DNA of 64,000 nucleotides from a virus (Duplodnaviria; Caudoviricetes), in the IMG/VR virus record IMGVR_UViG_3300045595_000041, positions 1-64,000 of that record. One strand, 5' to 3'. The position numbers were made by a program, and so were the translations under genes. Positions 21,401 through 30,447 of the stretch are shown here, piece after piece (positions within the stretch are counted from its first letter, which is position 1; each line of letters begins with the position of its first letter). The notes beneath the pieces were generated by a model that searched no databases, had not been told where the DNA came from, and saw nothing but the letters and a program-made list of their open reading frames with translations.

Positions 21401-22663
21401 TACGCAATATCATTCTTTGCTAAGACAGATTCTGCTAATGCTACTGATGATCTTGTCCACTTATCTGCTCTAGATGACGGAGCAGTAGTCTCGTTGAATG
21501 ATGGCGACTTCAGATTGCTGTCTGCTAATGGCTGGCAAGAATTCGTCGCATACTACGTACCCAATTCCAGCAATATGTCTATGCGTCTAGAATTCTTCAA
21601 CAACAAGCTAGAATCTGATAAGAGCATATGGTGCGATGACGCTAAAGTCGTAGATGTCACATTCTCAGACGCTGTCAATCTGTTCAAGTCACCTTCAATG
21701 AGCAGTCTTGAAGACTTCGGGCAGATGTCTGGCACATGGGCAATCAATACGATATCAGATGCTTCATGGTGCATTCCATACGCTGGCAAGAAAATGCTGA
21801 GAGCTAGTAGCGGCGATGGATCTTATTCTATACAGACTAAGCCATTCGTAGCAACTAGAGCTTCATATCATCTGTCATTCTATGCTAACGCATATGATTC
21901 ATCAAGGAAAGCTAGCGTCAAGATACTATTCAATGACGGCTCTGTCAAAGACTTTGGAGCTATCAAGACAAATAGCTCTCTATGGCAAAGAAACGACTAC
22001 GACTTCAATGTCCCTGCAACCGCTAACAGCTTCTCCATATCAATATACAATTCTGCAGACATAAGATACGACGCATTCATCTTGTGCTCTTCTGATGACT
22101 GGATTGCAGCTGGAATTGATGGAGCTCAATGGTTCGATGGCAATTCATATGGCACTGAAGCTAGCAATCTGGTTACAGATCCAAGATGCACTACTGGATG
22201 GGGCGGTGCATGGCAAGCTGAAGCTAAGCAGCTGCCTGGATATGGAATAGAAGTAGAGAAGACATATGGCAAGCAGAATGGCACTGTATCTGCAAATATT
22301 GGAAATAACTATGCAGATGGCTCGGCAATAGCTGTCGGAGATACGATATACGCATCTTGCAGAATAATGTCTAGCACTGGCAACAGCACTCTGCTTCTGA
22401 GAGTAGTCTACTCAGACAGTACTTTCTCAGATACGAATCTCATATCGTCTAGCAAAGTGACAGATCAAGACAGGATTCACAGACTGACAGGATTCTCTAC
22501 TATTTCTGGTGATACATCCAAGACTATAGCATCTGTCAAAGTCATGATGATGACTGACAGCAAGACTTCTTTCACTGAATGCTTGATAGCAAACCAGAGA
22601 GACTGGAACTTGATGAAGTCTGCAGGCATACAGTACTTCGACGGTGACAAGATAATATATTAG
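15410..22663 (+). CDS. Giant baseplate/tail protein with LysM domain and tandem CBM-like modules
   Basis: 2417 aa; LysM YTIQSGDCLINIARKFG...IFPGQVIKIP (~18947-19120); Thr-rich linkers; repeated NL...YFDG and W.G...S.S motifs in the C-terminal third. Confidence 0.75.
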   Translation: MAEVFVNDTYTKSYFDAALSQTDNKGYKTTDNAWKSKPRKSTSTVTEVLTYEFAGRSSISSVAFDILSCAAKYSFSYIDSNSQEQPLLRDDYNKVEFTTISRKDWNTWQHWEFECLPCVALKLIVRMTRVNDDFAPAEDYSLALKGLAIKRSIKTRDQAALTLSKNTDILGNVISKTVKDWEPKNAIDGDDYTFWKSEPQPAQDAVVSLYLDVRDEYDQAQFVDSVWVDPVYMGSQLNIYYSTDDAEGNRLPSFKTFDTTSNNADWSNDGFSMHDSTSSIAFDLKQSAFNQSEDWLVGLHWVISSALPSGDRKLFSIGDRCFVTMRSDGNFQFSFLTQSGMQQLLLPFPVPILATDQDAVSPVLTDVILEFGFETGNRNQAVIRAKVNNYNLNNVSLSSAASDASMVLSTELSAIADGVDASTKVDGRTQLTSAPYEVTIPTSSTYTIPVDTSNIDIQKIRDNAGVSNVKAKVSIKYRTSADFNSGATAVVKSGLNTKLFDYYTSWDGVQQLSSSSLYSSMSKVATNYATGGFRISSDYYNKTSSVYDDALKMSMLSFSPSTSSTKVLGAMEFSSRSRAHQDIAAGDYIAAMYVNCSKSLQNTPLSFDICRGGDVIVEASFNATSDVTLIEVPVHVSDDIREAYFSVSMKSDSFVFSDFISIGSSMFFGLSSEWDVIKSTNYKTFNGDTKSKDAIEMSRFNQDLSLNSTMNQDGWQLGSTAYPKWGTGNPTNSYMSALSYGDNDYKDALPWIDLLPSSVFTVSFYCKSKNGFDNVKPYIKDSSDKKYLCEKYSSTDLSDSWRLIYCRIRMPSDFDNDIGSFGIEEDSANAYTVISDLHVYKSQDSFNDNDGYCIAERDFDLDTSSEDISIVDLDTLSVDITNYATIGTVYVSSASIQIFNDKLQPVDSYQCTIGQLSGTMKQFVMKQDSIPQIEKDKFIQDPQYYLTPDFYDSSSTLFNSLVYSKSTEEEAFRGGISDAFYMNKLWMPAIIGEKLNRQNYRLPATVKAKFIKLEMTQLSPQQYSVQNTSINPHYLAYPVSLTKTMTSTKNVDTTNVKTKTTVDTTKVVSEFEDGRQTDKKTYLSRDGSSSQSSSSTTSEIFSDPQEVISVGSPSQAYVPGMYDKPMSTSIKTEKTSSVIYTGQTKDVKNSFNSNTVNGSRTTTNVVKKTSTVPQSGAFNYTIQSGDCLINIARKFGIANWWSIYAINTWVDGDPRLRYLPGRSAGWWIFPGQVIKIPTTVMKQITTYSTQTVVHKTATKTDTSTVKTTVNDISTTRDTTIQNGSQGFTKPSIHYYEDRTVNTTSSIAYFVAIRELKVKVADYYYEQDNEEFDYYSMDMPVWHYSNGYVTTVGAFVPNLQDGEEKAVVQSDPTKTQSFFRTVQVLSSSSSTVLNRKYFDLKAGTAWHDVLFWEANPTQNCEWDGSIANEDNPANGQVWSSAAFSWGDAFTSTVTQGDSQAVWYNSELVKEYIVNPQDIRIAPDGSRSPFVIRLGSIDISDRTTVQAGVSIFQLAKSTRSDSKISATFKIVSASNEEKVIRQEDVLLDSEKTSSWQNLQTSRFKMFNMGGTYELLLEIDDFSQLDFYIKDAYIETGTITIFAKNTGSSSETDWEDISSAVLNRDSEYTFKNAGNAMQVRIEMIDPEDWFSSIRIMPTYIPYKDAVNYVYDDKVTIDTSYASTWLGSKDYSASHLQISNDGEDYGIANLAKFSKPATNDIMVPLSAASVVNDSTTESGTCVEASKNVINALQVDSTVKTVIFLLTDTMSAFDYSNIQNSSFTTKFSLRADTDINVNASLVMYANGVSSHVVSPASTISIGTDWHKLSIHASAISSADGNLALKLDYLDSSKSGMPASISFAACTVMSDSDQAIADRFGIDYFDGDTISAGYQSASSRWLGSRDNSISTLKTSNPRLTSFWSGTPEASYSVISKNYTVSNLLQNSSFEQDLSNWSVSNQGLVEIDDAQHHDGAKSLKFSSRTGAENDYASSDSISVIPGHKYAISFFAKTDSANATDDLVHLSALDDGAVVSLNDGDFRLLSANGWQEFVAYYVPNSSNMSMRLEFFNNKLESDKSIWCDDAKVVDVTFSDAVNLFKSPSMSSLEDFGQMSGTWAINTISDASWCIPYAGKKMLRASSGDGSYSIQTKPFVATRASYHLSFYANAYDSSRKASVKILFNDGSVKDFGAIKTNSSLWQRNDYDFNVPATANSFSISIYNSADIRYDAFILCSSDDWIAAGIDGAQWFDGNSYGTEASNLVTDPRCTTGWGGAWQAEAKQLPGYGIEVEKTYGKQNGTVSANIGNNYADGSAIAVGDTIYASCRIMSSTGNSTLLLRVVYSDSTFSDTNLISSSKVTDQDRIHRLTGFSTISGDTSKTIASVKVMMMTDSKTSFTECLIANQRDWNLMKSAGIQYFDGDKIIY

Positions 22664-22675
22664 AATTGTACTAGT

Positions 22676-22792
22676 GATATCATCAGATTAACGACGTTTA
22701 TCTCTATGAACTCAGAAGTATAAGTATATATAATTTATAATACTTCAGATTCTAGATCATTAGATAACAACGTCGTTATTCTTGATGATGTC
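22676..22792. repeat. Dispersed palindromic element, copy D
   Basis: ACGT cores at 22694 and 22770; axis AA|TT at 22733/22734; right arm overlaps the 3' end of the minus-strand ORF. Confidence 0.88.
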
Positions 22793-23293
22793 AACCATCT
22801 TTTCTAGTTCTGACTTGAAGCATTCTTTTGCTGATCCGTTAGCGTTAGTCATTCTTATTGCAAGCGCTAGTCCGAGTGTCTTGCATGTATTGATGATTAT
22901 GCAGTCATCGTCAATGAAGAACTGCCTGTCAGCATATAGTTGCATCTTTCTTTTGCTTACATTTCTGCCATCTAAGATGAAGCATGCTATGCCATTTTCT
23001 ATAGCTGTAAGACCGACTTTCTTAGCTTCAGATCCATCGTATCCCATCATTTCGTAGCCAAGACTTGACAGAAGCTTGTAATGCTCATCATCATTGCTGC
23101 ACAAGACAGGTATGTCATTAGAAGACTTCTCACTTAATCGAAAGTATGAAAGACCTGAATTCTGAAGATAGAATGCATCAAGCTTCTTATCGTATTGTAC
23201 TAGTTTGTATGTCTGCTTGATGTAATGCAAGACTACTATAGCTAATATTGCAATTGCAGCAAACAATGCTGTCTGCAAATATATGATGTTCAA
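22760..23293 (-). CDS. Hypothetical membrane-anchored protein
   Basis: N-terminal TM helix; AGGAG RBS on the minus strand. Confidence 0.7.
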   Translation of the reverse strand: MNIIYLQTALFAAIAILAIVVLHYIKQTYKLVQYDKKLDAFYLQNSGLSYFRLSEKSSNDIPVLCSNDDEHYKLLSSLGYEMMGYDGSEAKKVGLTAIENGIACFILDGRNVSKRKMQLYADRQFFIDDDCIIINTCKTLGLALAIRMTNANGSAKECFKSELEKMVDIIKNNDVVI

Positions 23294-23779
23294 CTAAGTG
23301 TTCTCCTGATTGACTTCTCATGATTCAAATGCTTGTCTTCTCCTGCTGTTCTGAAAGTGTGCTATGATGCTTGTGCTCTTCGTAAGATGATATCCTATTG
23401 ACTCTGCTCTTAGTCTCATGACACCAGGAGCGCCATGTAGGCAAATGTATAGGCAGAAATTCTGCATTGCATTATGAATGTCTCAACCATCTGGCCTCTG
23501 CTACCGCACGATCAGCATCAGATGGGCATCTCTCCACATCATATTTGCTGCATGCTCACTAGATTGTCAGCTATGTCAAGTACTTTCTCATCTTATGCAA
23601 ATTGTGCTTTGTTCGAAGCATTGACCAGAAGCGTCTAATCAGTTTCTAGCTGGGTTACGCGCAATCTGATGCTTCTGCATCATTCAATGCTAATGAATGT
23701 ATTGGTGAAAGCAGAACAAGATGCTTTGCTGTATTTTTGATGTCCTTTCGAATATGTTGTTTTTTGATTTATATTTTGA

Positions 23780-23808
23780 ATAGTAACACACATTTTCGCT
23801 AATGTAAA
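23780..23808 (-). promoter_or_regulatory. Sigma70-type promoter, leftward
   Basis: Minus strand TTTACA-N17-TACTAT. Confidence 0.6.
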
Positions 23809-23844
23809 CCCTTTGATGAAAGATATTCACAATTCTTTCACATT

Positions 23845-24370
23845 CGCTAGCAGAAGCTGTCTCACAGCACACATGCATGCATATGCTCGCTTGCTTGCTT
23901 GCTCACACACTTGCATTCTTTTTCTGTCTCCTTGCACACTCTCTCGCACATGCATACGTATATGCAGACACATGCATACGTATATGCAGACACAGACACG
24001 TCGGCACATATACACGTTTATCTATCTATCTTTCAGATAGATACGTACACATGCACATGCAGAAAAATACATGAATACATATGAAAACATATAAAAAATA
24101 CATGAGAACATATGAAAAATGCATACATACATAATACGTATACATACATGCATACGCGTATATCTATCTATCTTTCAGATAGATACATGCATACGTGATA
24201 CGATACATATGCATACATATGCATACATACATGTACATATATACGTGTGCTCGCACACATCACTCACGCCTCACGTTGCCCGCGCAGCGGTCAGATGCAT
24301 GTACGCATGCGCGATCTATCATTGGGCTAGGCAGGGGCACGCGCATGCGGGAGAGAAGAGTCTTGCTTGC
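23845..24370. repeat. Low-complexity alternating purine-pyrimidine repeat tract (candidate replication origin)
   Basis: ACAT/GCAT/ATAC iterations; 22-bp tandem CACATGCATACGTATATGCAGA (23947-23990); 26-bp direct repeat TATCTATCTATCTTTCAGATAGATAC at 24019 and 24161. Confidence 0.8.
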
Positions 24371-24374
24371 TGAT

Positions 24375-24403
24375 TTTACATGCTCTACTTTATATGATAT
24401 AAT
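24375..24403 (+). promoter_or_regulatory. Sigma70-type promoter
   Basis: TTTACA-N17-TATAAT. Confidence 0.75.
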
Positions 24404-24455
24404 AAAACTATAAGTTTAAGAAGCATAGCATTTTGCAGAAAGGCAATGCTTTCAT

Positions 24456-24725
24456 ATGGAATACGTAGATTCGATAGATGCTTGGTGGAGCGACAACATA
24501 GACGAGCTGCAATGTCCATCTTGCGGAAGCCCAGTCCATATGTCTTGGAATAATTGCGAATGCGGTCTTGAGCTTAATGTAGAGAAGCTGCTTTCTAGTA
24601 ATGTGGTCTATCTGCTTACAATCGAGCATAACGATATGAAACTTCTTGATGAAGAAGCTCATTCTATCGTATGCGGAGAATCGCATAATATCGATTCTGA
24701 AGATTTTGATGACATTCTAATCTGA
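24456..24725 (+). CDS. Small Zn-ribbon protein
   Basis: CPSCG...CECG. Confidence 0.6.
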   Translation: MEYVDSIDAWWSDNIDELQCPSCGSPVHMSWNNCECGLELNVEKLLSSNVVYLLTIEHNDMKLLDEEAHSIVCGESHNIDSEDFDDILI

Positions 24726-24739
24726 AAGGTATTGAAAGA

Positions 24740-25159
24740 ATGGCAAGAAGAAAATCAGCTGACAACGTCGAAGACTCTAGCAAGAATGACGGAATGATAG
24801 CTACTGATGAAGAGCTAGACATGACTCGTCCAATCTACATTGTCAACGTCAGCAATACTAGCAAGCTGTTTGACGATGGCAAAGAAAAGGTAAGACTTTC
24901 TGCTCCTGGAACTACAGGCTCTATTCAAAGACTAAGAGAGTCTGTTGTCAATACTCCTGGCTTTGCATATCTTAGAAATGCTGGCAAGATTTTGCTTACA
25001 TACAATTCTGATATGCGAAACAAAGCTACTACTACTATCGAAAAGGCTGCTAAGATGGATGAAGACCATCTGGCTAAGCTCAAGAAAGACGTTCTTCTAG
25101 AAGATCCTGAAGTCAAGGATGCATCCGATCAGCTTGCAGCACTTAAGTCAGAGGACTGA
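24740..25159 (+). CDS. Hypothetical head-associated protein
   Basis: RBS GAAAGG; directly upstream of portal. Confidence 0.6.
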   Translation: MARRKSADNVEDSSKNDGMIATDEELDMTRPIYIVNVSNTSKLFDDGKEKVRLSAPGTTGSIQRLRESVVNTPGFAYLRNAGKILLTYNSDMRNKATTTIEKAAKMDEDHLAKLKKDVLLEDPEVKDASDQLAALKSED

Positions 25160-25168
25160 GAATAGCTG

Positions 25169-26794
25169 ATGTCATTCATAGACAGAGTACCGGTTCTTGG
25201 TGCTAGAAAGCGAATGAGAGCTAGCGCTAGCAATGCTGCAAAGTCATCCGTGACAGCTGTTGCTGGATCTACGAGTCCTAATACGGACTTAGTTCTTACG
25301 CCTCCAACCGTCGGCAACACTTATCTCAAGTCTGCGGGCATGTATTGCGATCCTGATACGGATGATGGGCTGAAGAAGCTTAGAGACAAGATACGAGAGT
25401 ACTCTGTCTACAATGACACTCTTTCAATCGTCATAAACCTATGCTCGATGTTCATAGCTAAAGGTCCTAGAATAGACTGCGAATCTGAAAAGAACAAAGC
25501 AGTCCTAGAATCGGTATTCGATCTGAACGAGCTCGAGTCATTCTTGCAGGACTTCGGCAAAGAGTACTTGATTTCAGGAGAAGCTACCTCTATAGCTGTT
25601 TGGCTTGATGATGAAGAGACTTTTACGAAAGAAGACATTCAGAACCCAGATGACATAGAGATAGTGCATGGATCTGTGATGTCGCCAGATGCTATGCATC
25701 TGAAGATGTCTGAAGACATAGCTAAGTCTATTGATCTGTACGCAAGCACATCTGATTCTAAGTATCTGCAAGAGTCTGGTGTCAAGACAGATTCTGAATT
25801 TGATGAAGACATTGACGACGAGACAGATGCTATCATCAAGGAGCTGTCTGCTAAGATAGACAAGTCTACGAACAGCATTGTATTTGAAGACGGCGATGAC
25901 ACAGTCATAAGAATGGTCAACAAGAAGTCTTCTTGGGATGACAGAGGCATATCTGTATTTGCTTCAGCTCTTTCAGCGCTTGCTCAGAATGAGTCACTAG
26001 ATGCAGCTTTGTTTGAGCAGCTCAATATGCTGATAACTCCGACTATTGTCGGTATTGTCGGTCTTAAAGCAGGAGAGCTTGGTCCCAATTCTCCAGCTTG
26101 GATACCTACTCAGCAAGAGATGAACACTGTAGGAGAAGCTTACAAGCAGATGCTGATGGGCACTAGAAGAATTGGAGTATTTTCAGTAGGCGTCGACTGG
26201 CACAATGCTTTCGGTGACTCAAAGATACAGAGCTTGGATGCTGATTATGCTAGATGCGAAGGGAAGATTCTTCGCTGCGTATCTGCTGGAAAAGGTCTTC
26301 TTGACGGCTCCTCTGGTGGCCCGTGGTCGTCTAATGCTTTGAATAGAGACGTCTTCTCATCGTATCTTCAGTCAATACAAGTCAAGCTGTCTAAAGCTTT
26401 CCAGCCAAGAATAGACAAAGTAATCCATGAGCTTGGAATATGCAAGACAGATATCGATGTCAATGGCAAAGAGACGCCACATCTCACTAAGAATGGTAAG
26501 AAGATATATGAGGAAGCGCATCTTTCATTCGACGATGGCATAATGAAGGATGCTAATCAGGTTCTTCAGACAGCTCTTACGCTTAAGAGCAATGGTGTGC
26601 CAATATCTACTGAGACTCTTGCATCGCTTGCAGACATCGGCATTAATGTGAATTCAGAGATGTCTAAGCTAAAGCAAGAGTCTGATCGCGTAGATGATTC
26701 TGGCATAGAAGACATAGTGGACATTGGAAATAGCGATGAGTCATCTATTGACGATGATGAACCGAAGTCTCCACTTAATAAGGATGCTCAATGA
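25169..26794 (+). CDS. Portal protein (Bxz1-like)
   Basis: 541 aa; EYLISGEA, NPDDIEI, WDDRG, WIPT motifs; acidic tail. Confidence 0.75.
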   Translation: MSFIDRVPVLGARKRMRASASNAAKSSVTAVAGSTSPNTDLVLTPPTVGNTYLKSAGMYCDPDTDDGLKKLRDKIREYSVYNDTLSIVINLCSMFIAKGPRIDCESEKNKAVLESVFDLNELESFLQDFGKEYLISGEATSIAVWLDDEETFTKEDIQNPDDIEIVHGSVMSPDAMHLKMSEDIAKSIDLYASTSDSKYLQESGVKTDSEFDEDIDDETDAIIKELSAKIDKSTNSIVFEDGDDTVIRMVNKKSSWDDRGISVFASALSALAQNESLDAALFEQLNMLITPTIVGIVGLKAGELGPNSPAWIPTQQEMNTVGEAYKQMLMGTRRIGVFSVGVDWHNAFGDSKIQSLDADYARCEGKILRCVSAGKGLLDGSSGGPWSSNALNRDVFSSYLQSIQVKLSKAFQPRIDKVIHELGICKTDIDVNGKETPHLTKNGKKIYEEAHLSFDDGIMKDANQVLQTALTLKSNGVPISTETLASLADIGINVNSEMSKLKQESDRVDDSGIEDIVDIGNSDESSIDDDEPKSPLNKDAQ

Positions 26795-27849
26795 CTGACA
26801 CGATACAACCATCTAGCTCTGACGTCATAAACACGCAAGTGACTATAACTGACGATGTTCAGAATAAAGTCTTCAAAGATCAGTCTATAAAGCATAGAGC
26901 AAAAGTACGAGATCTGATTTCAGCTTCACTTGGAGCAGACCTTCCCGTAAGATTCTCATTCAGAAGATTCAACAGAAAAGCTGTCCAAGTCAATCAAGAA
27001 ACTGTCAAGATATCTGCTTTCAAAGAAGTTGAAGATGATTCTGGCAATGTGACAAGAACGCAAATCGTATCAGATGACGACAATATTTCATGGTTAGAGA
27101 CTGGTACTGAAGCAGAATACTATCTAGACGCTCAGTATCTTGAAGATCCATGCACGATTGAAGTCATTCTTTCATGGCAGAATGGCTCTACTCCAAGATC
27201 TGCAAGGCAGTGGTCTATCTTCTATAGAGCAGAAGACTACATGTATGACTATCTAGCTCTGTCTGATGATGAGAAGCAGCTATGCCAGTCTGTAATGAAC
27301 AGATTCTGGGCTCTGTTTGACAATCACTACGGACAAGGTCTTGTCAACCTCACCGAAGAAGTGCAGACCAACTTCAATCTAGACAAAGTCGCAAGAGCTA
27401 TGAGAATAGCTTGCAGCAAGATAGACATGTTCGGATACTCTACTCTTGACTTCTACATTGGAGAAGGCATTGGAACACCATTCCCAGCTCAATGGTATGT
27501 GCTTCTAGAAAATCAGACTATAGTAGAACTGATGAAACAGTTCACGTATGGATACCAGGAGGTTCCTATCCTTAACGGTATTCAAGGCGTAGCCTATGCA
27601 GACAGATCTAGATATGCTGATGCGTGGCGTCAAAGCGTTAAAGAGATGGAAGCTGATATCGAAGCTATGAAGCCTGCATTCATAAGAGACAACCTGAATC
27701 TTACCGGTTCGTCTATTCTTGTTGGCGGCGGATACTATGGTGCAGGTGCAGGCTCGTTCTTGTCTAACAAGACACTTATAGCACTAAGATCTGGCGCATT
27801 CCTTGGTTCTTATCTCAATGTGAACACAGTAGTCAACACGAATTTCTAG
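26791..27849 (+). CDS. Head-to-tail adaptor/neck protein
   Basis: Downstream of portal; Y.E.P...DRSRY..W and ILVGGGYYG motifs. Confidence 0.55.
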   Translation: MTDTIQPSSSDVINTQVTITDDVQNKVFKDQSIKHRAKVRDLISASLGADLPVRFSFRRFNRKAVQVNQETVKISAFKEVEDDSGNVTRTQIVSDDDNISWLETGTEAEYYLDAQYLEDPCTIEVILSWQNGSTPRSARQWSIFYRAEDYMYDYLALSDDEKQLCQSVMNRFWALFDNHYGQGLVNLTEEVQTNFNLDKVARAMRIACSKIDMFGYSTLDFYIGEGIGTPFPAQWYVLLENQTIVELMKQFTYGYQEVPILNGIQGVAYADRSRYADAWRQSVKEMEADIEAMKPAFIRDNLNLTGSSILVGGGYYGAGAGSFLSNKTLIALRSGAFLGSYLNVNTVVNTNF

Positions 27850-27851
27850 AT

Positions 27852-27880
27852 TTTACATTGTTAACTATTTGATATATAAT
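27852..27880 (+). promoter_or_regulatory. Sigma70-type promoter
   Basis: TTTACA-N17-TATAAT. Confidence 0.75.
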
Positions 27881-27907
27881 TATATTAACAAGTAAAAACT
27901 AAAAAGA

Positions 27908-29743
27908 ATGGAATCAGACATGCTTTCTGAGATAGAAGACAAGATACGAGAAGCTAACCGAGCTTATTATGCTGGCCATCCATTGATGACAGACGAAGAA
28001 TATGATGAGATGGTCGACAGCTCAGGTCTTCTTCAGTATCAGATCGACAAGATAAAGACAGAATCTGTAATTGTATCAGACAAGATAAAGCATTACCAGC
28101 CAATGACTTCTTTGCCAAAAGTCAAAAGCAAAGATGCTTTGCAGGACGTCAATGGTCATAGGATATATCAGCTTAAGCTAGACGGCTCTTCATTAGAAGT
28201 GCATTACGACTTCAATGGCAACTTCGATTATGCTGCATCACGAGGAGATTATGTCTATGGTGACAACAGGACTAAGCTAGTCATAGCTATGATAGCTCTC
28301 AACAAGATTCCGTCTACATTCAAGTATCATAGATGTGCTGTTCGCGGAGAGCTTATAGTAAGCAAAGAAGACATGTCTGTCCTTGGAAACGAGTTCATAT
28401 CTCAGAGGTCTGCATCTTCAGGCATAGCAAATCGCAATGATCCATCATATGCCAAGTTCTTGACATTCATTCCATATGACATCGTTTTCGATGATGGCAG
28501 CAAGTGGCAATATGTCAATGATGACATAACATTCGACAGCTTCGAAAAAGCAGAAGCCGTGTTCAATTCAGAAGCATATCCATGTGATGGTGTAGTAGTC
28601 AAAGACTATGATGATGATTATCATGAAGAGCTTAGAGGCATGAACTATGCTATGGCTTACAAGTTCGCTGACAAGCAAGTAGAGACTAGAATACGCGATG
28701 TCAACTGGCAGATTGGCAAGACTGGAAAGCTTACGCCAGTAGCTAAGTTCGATATGGTGTTCATAGATGCTGAAGTGACAAGAGCTTCGCTTGGCTCATT
28801 AGAGCTTTTCAAGTCGCTAGATCTTCACTATGGAGACAAGATAGTAGTCAAGAAATCGAATATGGTCATACCGCAAGTAGTCAAGAATCTTGGTGGTGGC
28901 AAGAACAAGATAGAAGCTCCAGAATGGTGGAATGGCAAGAAGACATTCATTCAAGGACAGCATCTCTACGGCTTCGACAGCGAAAGATGGAAGAAGATAC
29001 TGTATTCTCAGTCAAGCCAGCTTTTTGGTAAGGGAGTATCAGGTGGCATCGTAGATCTTTGCGTAGAAGAATACGAAGCTACTACTATCTTCGATATATA
29101 CAAGATATGCATGGATAGCAATTTCAAAGCTAAGTCTTATGGCGCCAAAAGGATAGAGAATCTTAGAGCAGCTGTCTCTGAGCTCAAGACTAAGAATGTT
29201 CTTGACTTGCTTGACAGTGTTGGAATCGATGGGTTCTCATGGTCAAGATGCGTCAATATCGCAAAGAAAGCAGCTGAAGAAGCAAGACTGAAAGGCGTAA
29301 GCCAAAGTCAGTTCTTCATAGACTTGGTAGATCCGTATAGCTTCGCAATATCTATCGATGGCATTGGAGGCAGTCTTGCTAAGACGTTCTCAGATTCATA
29401 TCAAGATGTAAGAGACATATTATCAAGATTCATAGACACATTTGGCGAAGATGCTAAAGACTGGAACGAAGACATAGAAGTTAAGAAGTCTGTCATCGCA
29501 AGCGTATGCGTTACAGGCAAGCTAGATTTGGGCAGGTCTAAAACTAGGTCTAGAATGAATTCTAATGGCATCGATGTTACTTCTGAAGTCGGCAAGCAGA
29601 CAGATTTCCTTGTCTGCGGCTCTAATCCTACAATGCGAAAAGTCAACGATGCAGAGAATGCTGGCATCAAGATACTGTATTGCACACTTACAGAAGAAGC
29701 AATATCTCAGATAAAAGCTCTGAAACCGCTAGAAATAGCGTGA
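27908..29743 (+). CDS. ligA: NAD-dependent DNA ligase
   Basis: YY..G.P.MTDEEYD, KLDG, VRGE, CDGVVVK, AYKF, GKTGKLTPVA, C-terminal BRCT. Confidence 0.93.
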   Translation: MESDMLSEIEDKIREANRAYYAGHPLMTDEEYDEMVDSSGLLQYQIDKIKTESVIVSDKIKHYQPMTSLPKVKSKDALQDVNGHRIYQLKLDGSSLEVHYDFNGNFDYAASRGDYVYGDNRTKLVIAMIALNKIPSTFKYHRCAVRGELIVSKEDMSVLGNEFISQRSASSGIANRNDPSYAKFLTFIPYDIVFDDGSKWQYVNDDITFDSFEKAEAVFNSEAYPCDGVVVKDYDDDYHEELRGMNYAMAYKFADKQVETRIRDVNWQIGKTGKLTPVAKFDMVFIDAEVTRASLGSLELFKSLDLHYGDKIVVKKSNMVIPQVVKNLGGGKNKIEAPEWWNGKKTFIQGQHLYGFDSERWKKILYSQSSQLFGKGVSGGIVDLCVEEYEATTIFDIYKICMDSNFKAKSYGAKRIENLRAAVSELKTKNVLDLLDSVGIDGFSWSRCVNIAKKAAEEARLKGVSQSQFFIDLVDPYSFAISIDGIGGSLAKTFSDSYQDVRDILSRFIDTFGEDAKDWNEDIEVKKSVIASVCVTGKLDLGRSKTRSRMNSNGIDVTSEVGKQTDFLVCGSNPTMRKVNDAENAGIKILYCTLTEEAISQIKALKPLEIA

Positions 29744-29760
29744 AAGAAGAAAGGCAGAAA

Positions 29761-30216
29761 ATGCAGAATATAGATGGATTGTTCGTATCAGATTCGAAAG
29801 TCAATCTAATGCCGTCAGAACGACTTGACATAAAGAATGCTATTGAAGCAGAATCGAACAGCTATCAGACGAAGTCTTCATTTGATGCAGCAGATTCAGC
29901 AAATGCTATCGAAAGCTCTGCAAGGCATTTTGCAGAAAGATTGATAAGCAGAATCAACAGCATTGGATATCAGTGCTTCGTATCATCCAACATAAAGGAT
30001 GAAGACAACTGGACTATGTATTCTGATGGCACTATGATGTGGACGCCTAAAGTCAATCTTCTTGGCAGATATGATGCTAAGAAAGCTAAGCAAGAGACAG
30101 ACTATGACAAGCTTCAGTGGCAATGTCAGCATGGGTATGTCGATGGGAAGGTTGGAAAGCTTAAAGGTGGCAATGATTGGACTGATGATGTAGACAAGAC
30201 AAGCGTATTATTCTAG
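29761..30216 (+). CDS. Hypothetical protein
   Basis: RBS GAAAGG before ATG 29761. Confidence 0.65.
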   Translation: MQNIDGLFVSDSKVNLMPSERLDIKNAIEAESNSYQTKSSFDAADSANAIESSARHFAERLISRINSIGYQCFVSSNIKDEDNWTMYSDGTMMWTPKVNLLGRYDAKKAKQETDYDKLQWQCQHGYVDGKVGKLKGGNDWTDDVDKTSVLF

Positions 30217-30314
30217 AAATTACGACGTTTATCTCTAGTGACTTAGAATTGCAAGTGTATATAATTAATAACACTTAATATCGTAAGTCACTAGAGAACA
30301 ACGTCGTTAATCTG
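30215..30314. repeat. Dispersed palindromic element, copy E
   Basis: TCTCTAGTGACTTA/TAAGTCACTAGAGA arms; ACGT cores at 30225 and 30301; axis at 30264/30265. Confidence 0.9.
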
Positions 30315-30378
30315 ATTGTATGTCTGATTAATATGCAATATATGAATGTAGACTACATGCAGTCAGCAAGATGCTGAT

Positions 30379-30407
30379 TTTACTTTCGTTAATAGTTGTT
30401 ATATAAT
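30379..30407 (+). promoter_or_regulatory. Sigma70-type promoter
   Basis: TTTACT-N17-TATAAT. Confidence 0.75.
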
Positions 30408-30447
30408 ATAAATACATTGAAAAATGAACAGGAAGGAATGACATATT

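Noticed and set aside
2081-22663. Diversity-generating retroelement acting on tail modules
   Set aside because: No reverse transcriptase and no near-identical template/variable repeat pair differing at adenines.
23690-24413. Overlapping His/Thr/Tyr/Met-rich ORFs on both strands
   Set aside because: By-products of the low-complexity RY repeat; no RBS or phage-like codon usage.
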